DNA of 64,000 bases from an uncultured Methanomicrobiales archaeon (GTDB lineage Archaea; Halobacteriota; Methanomicrobia; Methanomicrobiales; Methanospirillaceae), in contig OY969100.1 of assembly GCA_963697895.1 (NCBI GenBank), forward strand, positions 1 through 64,000. Direction: 5' to 3'. The notes under the pieces are model-generated. The model searched no databases, was not told where the DNA came from, and was given only the letters and a program-made list of their open reading frames with translations. How positions within the stretch are numbered: position 1 is the first letter of the stretch; each line of letters opens with the position of its first letter. Made by a program: the position numbers and the translations under genes. Below, piece after piece: positions 31,908-41,100 of the stretch.

Positions 31908-32828
31908 TTATTCTTCTTTTCTTTTCTGTCCGAGCGGGAAAAACTCCCGATATACCTGTTTTCGCTCATCGAGGTCGGTATGCAGGTAGATCTCGGTCGT
32001 CCGTATCGAAGCATGCCCGAGGTTTTCCTGGACGACCCGGAGATTTTTTGAGCGCCGGTAGAGTTCGCTTGCGTAACTGTGCCGTATCTTGTGCGGGGTG
32101 ATCCCGGGAGGCGCATATTTTTTGAAGATATGCTCGATGGTCCGGGGAGAGATGTGCCTCCCCTGCTGCCCGAGAAACAGCGGCCCTACGATCCTTTTAC
32201 CCACAAAGCGGTCGATATCCTTCAGGGTGTCCCCGTCCACGAAGACGATCCGGATCTTTCCGCCTTTTCCCGTTACCCTGATCGTCTGGTCCTCGGGATC
32301 GATATCCTCGATATTCATCGCGGACAACTCGGATACCCGGACCCCCGTGGCGTAGATCAACCGTACGATCAGCCGCTCTTTCTCGTCGGGGATGGACTCG
32401 ATCAACTTCATCACCTGGTTGTGTTTCAGGTACACGAGCTCCTTTTCCTTGATCTTCGGCCGGATTACGCCGATCATCGGGTTCGCGGCAACTGCTCCCT
32501 GCGTGGTCAGGTACCGGTAGAATGAACTGAGCGTGGAGATGACCCGATGAAGCGTTGTCGGTTTGTAGGTGCGGAGGGAATTCAGGAACCCGAGGAACTC
32601 GGTGATCATCGCCGGGGTGACGACCACATCGGTATCGAGGCGGGTATTGGGAAAATCCGTCCAGTACTGGGCAACCTTTGCCGAATCCACATTCCGGCGG
32701 ATCCAGACGTAGTACCCGAAGTGCCGGATAACCTGCTCGTAGCTCGAGAGGGTCCGGGCCGAATAATTCCGCATCCGGAGGTAATCCCGGTAGCTGTTCA
32801 GCCACTCCGAAAAATAACCCCCATCCAT
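31908..32828 (-). CDS. xerA: Xer-type site-specific tyrosine recombinase
   Basis: SAM-like N-domain (RNYSARTLSSY). Catalytic R (TGVRVSE), K (GKGGK), HxxR (HKIRH), H (LGH) and Y (TEIY) are all present. Confidence 0.88.
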   Translation of the reverse strand: MDGGYFSEWLNSYRDYLRMRNYSARTLSSYEQVIRHFGYYVWIRRNVDSAKVAQYWTDFPNTRLDTDVVVTPAMITEFLGFLNSLRTYKPTTLHRVISTLSSFYRYLTTQGAVAANPMIGVIRPKIKEKELVYLKHNQVMKLIESIPDEKERLIVRLIYATGVRVSELSAMNIEDIDPEDQTIRVTGKGGKIRIVFVDGDTLKDIDRFVGKRIVGPLFLGQQGRHISPRTIEHIFKKYAPPGITPHKIRHSYASELYRRSKNLRVVQENLGHASIRTTEIYLHTDLDERKQVYREFFPLGQKRKEE

Positions 32829-33306
32829 GGTTTATTCTTTAGAAATCTCCTTTAATATACTTTTTGCAGAGAATAATCATTCTCCGCAAAAATTTCCGGT
32901 GCGATTATTTTTCTCGGAGAAGGGTCCATCACTACAGGTGAACCGTATACATTCCCCCTCTTCCCCATGGGAATACCACCGCCTGCACCGGGTGAAGAAG
33001 CAGGTCCGGATCAAGGGATATGATAACAAACGTGACACAGCCCGATACCAGACTCAAAACAGACGGGAACCACTCGAGATCATCGCATACAAGCAGGGAA
33101 GATGTGAAAAATGCGGAATTGTCTGTGACGGAACCAATATCGTCATCTTTGATCTCCATTCTCCGGATCCGGCGGGGAAGGATGTAACTCTGGACGGTAA
33201 AGTCGTCTGCCTGGAGAAAGAGGAGATCGACAGTTTGGTCCTCGTCTGCAAGAACTGTCATGCGCTTATTCATTCTTCCAATGGTATAAACCGGGAAATC
33301 AGCTAA
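32827..33306 (+). CDS. HNH-endonuclease-like Zn-finger protein (true start probably GTG at 32938 or 32992)
   Basis: GRCEKCG...IFDLHSPDP...LVCKNCHALIH matches the CxxC-HNH-CxxCH layout. Confidence 0.65.
   Translation: MVYSLEISFNILFAENNHSPQKFPVRLFFSEKGPSLQVNRIHSPSSPWEYHRLHRVKKQVRIKGYDNKRDTARYQTQNRREPLEIIAYKQGRCEKCGIVCDGTNIVIFDLHSPDPAGKDVTLDGKVVCLEKEEIDSLVLVCKNCHALIHSSNGINREIS
32861..32892. promoter_or_regulatory. Inverted repeat with 11-6-11 geometry (dif-like / recombinase-binding site candidate)
   Basis: TTTGCAGAGAA-TAATCA-TTCTCCGCAAA (32863-32890, one mismatch; extends to 14-bp arms). Abuts the putative xerA TATA at 32851-32859. Confidence 0.5.
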
Positions 33307-34361
33307 ATTTCCTTCTCCTTTCTCATCAATACCCGCACTTTGGGGGATTTATTCCGGAAATATCCGGATCCCGGGAAGATCCCATCATACGATCTGCAGA
33401 AAAACCAAACCGAATCATTCGATTTGCAGATCCCGTTCCGATCATCCGATTTTTTTAAAGATCCCACTCTCCGATCATCTCCAATGATGAACCCATCCCG
33501 GTTTATCCGATCGGGTACATTCCGCGGCTCGCGGATCATTCAGACCCTTCATTCTTCCAGCCAGGGAATGGTCCCCACTCTGCAAGTAACCGATTTCGCC
33601 GTATCCCCAAGATTGCAGCCATTTTATAATCCTGAATCCTGATCTCCTGCGGTTGGGGAAACTTCTTCAGATTACGGATTCACAGGGATCTTTCAAGGGC
33701 AAAGCCAGCATTTTTGATCCATCAATCGGATCGAATGAGGGACAATATCGCCAAAAACAGTGTAAAATGAGGTATAATATATCCCGGTCTATTATCGGCC
33801 ATTCTCATCGTGCAAATCGCCTCAAATTATCGTCCTTTTTAAAACGAATTTATGGGCCCACAGGATACATATTGAGGCATATCTTTCACCGCCGATCACG
33901 TAACTCAGGCTGAGATGAGAGATCAAGGGGAACCTTTCCTGAAAATCTTTCAAGCCGAACATGAAAGTTTTCAGAATGATGGTGAATGACGTTCCCCCTT
34001 GATCTCCCGCCCAAAAACAGGGAACCAACTCCTGCAATCGTCCCTCGTCGAGGATCATAAATACTTTGATGGGCGTTGCATGAACCCATTTCTTCAGTCT
34101 TCAAATGAACGGACTCTTATTTGGCAGCATTTTCATAAGGATATACATCTATAAACCATATAATGCTATATTTGATGCTGCCTTCCGATGAACCCTTTTT
34201 CCTGATGAGCAACCCGGTTTTAGACCCTTCTGGGTTTGTATCCCTGATCGAGATAATACATACAAAATAGTTATACCATATATTATTCAATTGGGAAAAT
34301 AACCTCCCAAAAAGCCTTAAAATAAGGAATAAGGATATAAATAACGTATTTATGGGGTATA

Positions 34362-35113
34362 TTAACACTGTTAACAAATGGAAAGGTCAGCCTGCTCGAA
34401 TGGATCAAAGGCTTTTTTGCATCCAATCAGAGAAATTCCTAATATTCTTCGATTTATGTCTGTATGGTAACACTGTTAACGCCTGGCCGGATTCATGACC
34501 GTATGGTAACACTGTTAACACCTGGCCGGCTACCCTTTTGAATCGTGCAATACCTCGGTCAAATATAATTCAGAGATGAAAACTCTCTATTATTACGGTT
34601 ATGTTAAATCTTTTAACGTCACCGGGAACGACCGCTCTGGATCAAAATTAAAACGCGCTTTTCCCTTCAAAAGGAAATTGAATCCCCACTACAGACTATG
34701 GCATGTTAACAACGTTAACATATGGTTGTTGACTTCCGGAATCGTGCAATAAAACGTTATAAACCAAAATGCGAACCTGGAACAGTATAACACAGGTACC
34801 ATTAACACTGTTAACTTCATCCGGAAACGGGCACTTTAATCGAAATTACCGTGATCTTCATTTCAAAAGGAAAATAGCTCCCTTCGACACATACGTCATA
34901 TGTTAACAACGTTAACATAGACTGATAACTCCCTGGAATCGAGCAAACACCGGTTAGAGATAATCCAGAAACGGGAACCGTCTGACGGGGGAATATTAAA
35001 GGTGTTAACGCTCCATATCCGGGTTTTCAGAATCGAAATCTTCCGTTATTCATCCCTGAATGGAAAAATTCACCCTTGACCCGGAGGAAAATGGGCAATG
35101 TTAACGATATTAA
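34362..35113. repeat. Nine phased TTAAC-N3-GTTAA palindromes within a degenerate ~198-bp repeat
   Basis: Sites at 34362, 34467, 34506, 34604, 34706, 34802, 34903, 34996 and 35101. GAATCG(T/A)GCAA recurs at 34540, 34739 and 34936. Confidence 0.85.
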
Positions 35114-35162
35114 CAGCAGGTATTTATAGCGGATCTGCCTATGTGCAGGTGTCAGGAGGTGT

Positions 35163-35468
35163 ATGTATATGGTGAAAATCGCACGAATGTCTCCGGAGGT
35201 ATGTGCAATGCCGGATGAAAAACATGAGAATCTCCATATCGAGATTCAGCTGCCGGGCGTGGACAAAGAGAAGATCAGCCTCAAGATGCACGAGGACAGC
35301 TTCAATATCCACGCGACCAGGGAAGACGTCGAATATTCCGGTTCCTACGCGGTCTGCTGCCCGATCGATTACGGTAAGGCAAAAGCCCGCTATAAAAACG
35401 GCCTTCTTACGGTCGATGTGCCGTACATGAAACCGGGACCGAGCGGAAAGAAGATCCCGATCGACTGA
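35163..35468 (+). CDS. Hsp20/alpha-crystallin family protein
   Basis: QLPGVDKEKI and ARYKNGLLTVDVP motifs. TATA TTTATA at ~35123 and RBS GGAGGT. Confidence 0.88.
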   Translation: MYMVKIARMSPEVCAMPDEKHENLHIEIQLPGVDKEKISLKMHEDSFNIHATREDVEYSGSYAVCCPIDYGKAKARYKNGLLTVDVPYMKPGPSGKKIPID

Positions 35469-35595
35469 CCGGAGGCCGGAGAGCGCTCCCGGCAGGGAAC
35501 CAGAATACCCGGTCTCCCCCAGCGGTATTTCTTATACTCGCCGGTCTGCAGGGGTCCCCTTTTTTTCTCCGATGCCTGCACAGGTAATCTATCGC

Positions 35596-36318
35596 ATGTA
35601 TATCCTCTGCCACCTCGCAGCCGGCATCGTGATCGGGATTCTTCTCTTCTGGTACTTTCGCGACCCTATCCTGATCGTTGCCGCCGCGATCGGGAGCATC
35701 CTCCCCGATCTCATCGATAAACCGCTCGGATACATTGTCTTTGAGGCCACGCTCGATTATGGACGGATCTATGCGCACACCGTCCTGTTCTTCCTCGTCG
35801 TCCTCGTTATCGGCCTCCTCGTATGGTACCGGTACCGTTCTTTCGCGGGTGTCGCCCTCGCCCTCGGCGTCCTCTCCCACGATCTCCTCGATGCGATGTG
35901 GGCCGAACCGGCGAACTGGTACTACCCGTTCCTCGGGCCGTTCCAGGGAAGACACGTCGAGAACTTTTTCCTCTCCGGTCTTATGCAGGAACTGACCAAC
36001 CCCTCGGAGTGGCTCTTTGCCTTCGCGGTTCTCCTTATCCTTATCTGCGTCCTGAAGGCACGGGGATCTCCGTTCATCATCCGGCATGGACGCATCTTCT
36101 TCGTGCTCTCCCTCGTGCTGATCGTCATACTCGGCGGAGCCGGGCTGTTCATCCTGTATGCGGGATTTACGGGAGCGTTCTCGATACTGACCGGATGGAT
36201 GGACCAAGGGGATAATGTGATCGCCGGGGTTGTCATGGTCGGGATTTCACTCCTGGCAGCTGCAGGCCTCCGGTATGGACGGCTCTGTCCGGGTACCCCG
36301 GATGCTCCCGGATCCTGA
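35596..36318 (+). CDS. Membrane-bound metal-dependent hydrolase (YdjM-like)
   Basis: H..., GSILPDLID, RIYAHT and SHDLLD motifs plus TMs. Confidence 0.8.
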   Translation: MYILCHLAAGIVIGILLFWYFRDPILIVAAAIGSILPDLIDKPLGYIVFEATLDYGRIYAHTVLFFLVVLVIGLLVWYRYRSFAGVALALGVLSHDLLDAMWAEPANWYYPFLGPFQGRHVENFFLSGLMQELTNPSEWLFAFAVLLILICVLKARGSPFIIRHGRIFFVLSLVLIVILGGAGLFILYAGFTGAFSILTGWMDQGDNVIAGVVMVGISLLAAAGLRYGRLCPGTPDAPGS

Positions 36319-36680
36319 TTCTTCAGCTGAGATCTAATCTCCCACGGGAAAAAAAATGCCGGAGAGCACGGGTGTCTTTAGGGGATTCCCGGATCCCGTC
36401 GGGGGGGAAAATAATTCCCGTTTATTTCACTGCTTTCATTTTGCATTCTTTCGTCATTCACCGGACCCGGGATCGTCGCCGGAAAAAAAGATCTTCCGGG
36501 GCTGGTCCGTCGGGCCGGCACTCTGGCACACGCCACTGCCGGCCGTGATAGCCATCGCTCCCGGTTCTGATGAGATCTTCAGCGGTCATTGTGGTTACCG
36601 TGCCGGATATCGTTCCGGGAAACGGTTAACGCTTTTCTCCCGCGGAACCGAAATCCCTCTGAGAAACCGTGAGTGGATTC

Positions 36681-36809
36681 CTATTTCTTTGCTTCCCTCT
36701 TAAACCCCTTTTTGCACTTCGGGCAGCAGACCCGCGCTGAGGTGGATTTACTCTCCCAGCGGTATCCGCAGCCCGGGCAGGTGAGGGTGGATAAAGGTTC
36801 TTCTGGCAT
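36681..36809 (-). CDS. 42-aa CPxCG zinc-finger microprotein
   Basis: MPEEPLSTLTCPGCGYRWESKSTSARVCCPKCKKGFKREAKK, from an internal ATG of ORF 36681..36908. Confidence 0.6.
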   Translation of the reverse strand: MPEEPLSTLTCPGCGYRWESKSTSARVCCPKCKKGFKREAKK

Positions 36810-37053
36810 ACCGATCATGGGCATATGGGATGTCCTGCATGTAAAGTCATCTGACGGGGATCTCGTCCGGCATCGAACGGGTTCCTTCGTTTCCGGGGTT
36901 GACCACAATCCGGACCATGACCCCGGGAAGGATCGTCATTGCGCATGCGAAGCCTCGATCGTGCTCTCCGCCCGTTACAGACGGAAACGATCCCGGCACT
37001 TTCCTCTGCCGAAGCCCATATCTCTCCCCTGCACGCATATCACCGATCATCGC

Positions 37054-37923
37054 ATGATCGTTCCAACACCCGAATGGGAACTCTTTGGCGGTTCGATCGA
37101 TAGCGGCACGATCTATCTCCTCGGTGCCAGCGACACCGGGAAGAGCACCCTTTGCCGGTACCTGATCGGACACGCAGCATCCGGCGGGCCGGTGGCGTAC
37201 CTCGACGGGGACACCGGGCAGTCCACGATAGGTCCGCCGACCACGGCCGGCCTCGCCATCTATGACGGTGACCCGGACGTCCCGGTCGCCGAACACCTCC
37301 GGTTCGTCGGCGATGTCTCCCCCCGCGGGCACCTCCTCCCGGAGATCGCCGCACTCAAGCGCCTGCAGGAGAGGGCACGGGAATACCATCCCCGGCTGAC
37401 GATCATCGATTCACCGGGATATGTCCGGGGAGATGTCGCCCGGGAATACCAGTTCCACCAGATAGATCTCCTCCAGCCGGATCACCTCATCGCCCTGGAG
37501 GAGGGCGACGAGCTGGAAGAGATCCTCAGCCTGTTCCGGAGGCACCCTGCCATGCAGGTCCACCGGTTCAGGGTATCCCCGCTCGTGAAGAAACGCTCCC
37601 GGGAATGGCGGCAGCGATACCGGGAGGAACGGTTCGGGCGCTACTTCTCCGGGTCGGTCACCCGGGAGATCTCCATCCGGGGGATCGGGTTCCATGGCCG
37701 CGTTCCCGGCTCTTTCCGGCAGGAAGACTGGCAGGATCTCCTGATTGCGCTCTGCGACCCGGAACAGGATGTTCTTGCATTGGGCCTCGTGAAAGGGATC
37801 GATCCCCTGAACGGCTCGATCACGGTCTTCGGACCGGCATTCGATCGGTTCCGGTTGTCATCCGTTCACGTGGGGTCCATCCGGCTGGACCCGGAGGGGT
37901 GGGGTACCATTTCTGTGGATTGA
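37054..37923 (+). CDS. Clp1/Grc3-family polynucleotide 5'-hydroxyl kinase
   Basis: GASDTGKST P-loop, DGDTGQSTIGPP, IIDSPG and the R..R...R lid motif. Start placed at the ATG at 37054. Confidence 0.85.
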   Translation: MIVPTPEWELFGGSIDSGTIYLLGASDTGKSTLCRYLIGHAASGGPVAYLDGDTGQSTIGPPTTAGLAIYDGDPDVPVAEHLRFVGDVSPRGHLLPEIAALKRLQERAREYHPRLTIIDSPGYVRGDVAREYQFHQIDLLQPDHLIALEEGDELEEILSLFRRHPAMQVHRFRVSPLVKKRSREWRQRYREERFGRYFSGSVTREISIRGIGFHGRVPGSFRQEDWQDLLIALCDPEQDVLALGLVKGIDPLNGSITVFGPAFDRFRLSSVHVGSIRLDPEGWGTISVD

Positions 37924-38054
37924 GCCTCCGCGATCCGACAGAATGTTGGTATGGACCGTAATAGTTCCCACGATTACGCTCTGGTGACTTCGTCCCCTCC
38001 CCCCATTACAGCCAACACTTGGTAGGATAAGAGTTCCCTCTCCGGGTTCGGGGT

Positions 38055-38104
38055 AAAAAAAGGAAGATTAGGAAAAGGGATATTCCCTTTCCGTGGTTCA
38101 CCGC
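38055..38104 (-). terminator. Hairpin plus oligo-T terminator after paralog 1 (equivalents at ~42956-43003, ~47903-47951, ~52806-52850)
   Basis: Minus strand reads GGAAAGGGA-ATA-TCCCTTTTCC then T7. Each copy follows a shared GCG(G)TGAACCACGG after the stop. Confidence 0.6.
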
Positions 38105-41100
38105 CTAGATGGGCGGGAGCATGGCGAGGATGTAGTCGCGGGGCGGGAACGGGGACGGTGCCGGGTTGTCGCTGTCCGCCCAGGACTCGCCGTGGGTGTA
38201 CCCGAAGTTGGGGTCGGCGATCAGGCTCTGTTCGACGAACTTCCCGCTGGTCGCGTCGCCGTTGCTCGCCTGGGTATATGTCGCGCTGGTGTCGAAGTTG
38301 AGGATACCATTGTGGAATGATCCGCCATCCGGGTCAAGGAAGGCCCAGGTGTGACCGTTGGCGACACTCACCGTGGCATTGTCTTCAGGGATACCGAAGT
38401 CCGGGAAGCTTGCCCGTGCCGCTGCGGAGAGGTTCACCTTCGTCATGTCCGCATTCGCAAAGGTCCCCGCCGCATCGTTGGTCGCGTTCACCTCGGCACC
38501 GAAGAGTGCGAGGGCGTCTGCATGGGATGCGTTTGCAGGATCGTTCACATAATTCGTGAAGTTGACCGAGGCGTTCTGCTGTACCCATCCGAAGGTGAGC
38601 GATTCTGCCAGGTTCGCGTCGGTGACCTTGATCGTACTGATCCCCATGCCGGAGGCATTCGAGGTGGAGTTCACGGCTGAAGCCGCCAGGTCCCGGTCGA
38701 AGACGTTGCTGTCTGCTGCTGCGGTTCCGACCGCATCGTACCCGGCAGAGGCATCGGCAGTCGCTTTCTTGCCGAAGCCCTCGCCTCCCGCATAGCTGAA
38801 GAGGAGGTTCTTGTCGGTGACGGTCTCGAGGCTTAAGTCGACGTGCGCATCGCTTGTCGATCCGACGCCAGCGAGACCGAGCGCAACTCCGTTGCTGGCC
38901 GCTGCCTTGCTCCACACGGTTGCATCGCTCGATGCACTGGTGGTCGGGCTCAGGGGGGTGCTGCCGTATTCGGGCACCAACTGTACTCCGTCAGCATTGG
39001 CCGATCCGCATGCATCCGCACCCGTATCGCCCTTCGTCCCGTTCGTTGCGGAGAAGCTGGCGATCAGGGTCGTGTCATGGTTGTCCATGGTGGGGAGATA
39101 GCCACCCGCAAGAGGATCGGGAGAGACCGAGTTCTCGCCAATTGCCAGGATGAGCGAGGCCGATATCGGGTCCTTGCACTTGTCGCCGCCTACTGCAGAG
39201 GCTGAAACTCTTCCATCGGCAGCGCTCGTCTGCGTGCTGTTCCAGTTCGGTACCGCTGCATAGCTCAGGGCATTGGTGTCTCCGCTTGCCGACCCGGAGG
39301 CCTTGGCCGTCTCCTTCGGGCAGTCTGTCTCCGCAACGGCGAGGTCCGCGATTACGGAGAAGACGTCCTGGTCGGCCTGGGGAATGCCGTTGCCCAAAGC
39401 ATCGGATTCCAGGTCAGTGAATGAACCGGATGCCTCGCCCGCAAGGGACAGGCCAAACCCGCCCTTCGCGGCTTCGGCAGCGGAACTGGCGCTGGATCCC
39501 GAGAACGAGGACGAAGTGGCGTTGATGTCGGGCGTACCGTCATCGGTCGTATCCGCAGTGAACTGGCTCAGAGCAGTCGCATCCCGATCCATGATGGGGA
39601 TACACTCGACAACGGTTGTTTTTCCAACCTTCCTGCTCTTATATTCCTTGTTGACGTCGGCCGTAGCCTTACCGTCGCCGTCCGCCACCGACAGCGCTCC
39701 GTCGAGGGTGATGGCGTGCTCCTCAGCAGTAACGTCTTCCCCGATAACGCCGGCATTCACTTCGCTGGAGGCACCCTGGGCTGCGACCCCGAGGGCGAAG
39801 CCGTCGGCGCTTGTTGTTGCGGCAGTAGTCTTGACCTTGGCGTCAGCGGTGCTCGTTGAGTTCCAGATATAGAGGCTGGCATCTTCCGGAGTTGTATTCA
39901 CGACAAGGGAAGAGTCCGCAAAGGCCGTGCCGTCGGCAGCTCCCCAGGTATCGGCAGACTTGCCCCACGATGCCGAGAGGCTCCCGACCGTGGCGGCGCT
40001 GTAGGTATCTCCGCTTCCGGCGAACTCATTTGTCCCATCAGGCATGAATATGAGACCGTCCTCGTCGATGTCGGTGAATGCGACGATCGCCGACGCCGAG
40101 AGCGGGTCTCCGCAGCCGGCGTTCGCGTTCCCACTCACCTTACCGGAGGCATCGGTCGTGCTGGCACCGGCCATGTACATCCCGCTGAAATCAATACCCC
40201 TGCCGAGGTCTACGTAGAAGGTACTGCTGGTACCTGCCTCGCCATTGGCATTGGTATTCGCGATTGCAGACCCGGATTTGCCGAACTGCTGGGCGAATGC
40301 GACCTGGGCGACCATGCTCCCTGCAGTACCTTCACCATGGTCGGTGTTTCCGGTCGGACCGGCACTGGTGCCTTCACCGGCGAGGAGGACATCTGCCGCG
40401 AGCGCAATTCCATTCTTGGTCTGGACATCGGAGCATGCCGTGCCATCGGCAAAGGCAGCCGAGGTGACATTCAGCAGGGTGACATCAGGATCGGTGACCA
40501 CGTTCAGGACGGACCCGTTCGCTTCGGTCTGGCCGTCTGCGTATGCGTGTGCCCCTGCGGTGCCGGCGGCGAATCCTCCGGTCCCGATAAGGGCGACGTC
40601 CACGAGGTCGCCTTCGTCGCTGGCAAAGTCAGCGGACCCGATCGCTGCTGCGGAGAGCCCCAGCCCGCCATTTGCGTTGGCAGACGTGCTGACCGTGCCG
40701 GACGAACTCGATGGCCCGAAGGGACTAAATCCTCCGGCTGCATTCGCATTCCCGGTTGCCGTGCCCCAGGTGCTACCGGATGCGGCTCCGGATGTGCCCG
40801 CGATCAGGGTCGCGTCAAGTCCCTGTGACTCGTCGATCCCCTGTGCGGAGACCCCGAGGATCACCGATGCGGATGCCGGGTCGTGGTCGGACTTTGTCCC
40901 GGCGACCGCTCCGCCCTCGACCCTGCCGGATGCATTGCTGCTCCCGATGGATCCATAGTTTATACTGTCAGGTATTTCCGTTACTGTATGCTGCCCGACT
41001 GCCGCGGTCTCGCCGTCTGCGCAGGCGCTGGCGGTCTTTTTACCGCTGTCGCTCCCGGATGCGGAGACCGACTGGGAGATGACGCTGATCTCAAGGAGAT

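Noticed and set aside
31908-33306. Provirus or integrative element defined by the integrase and HNH genes
   Set aside because: No tRNA target, att direct repeats, or structural or replication genes seen. The recombinase looks like a chromosomal Xer type. Not fully excluded.
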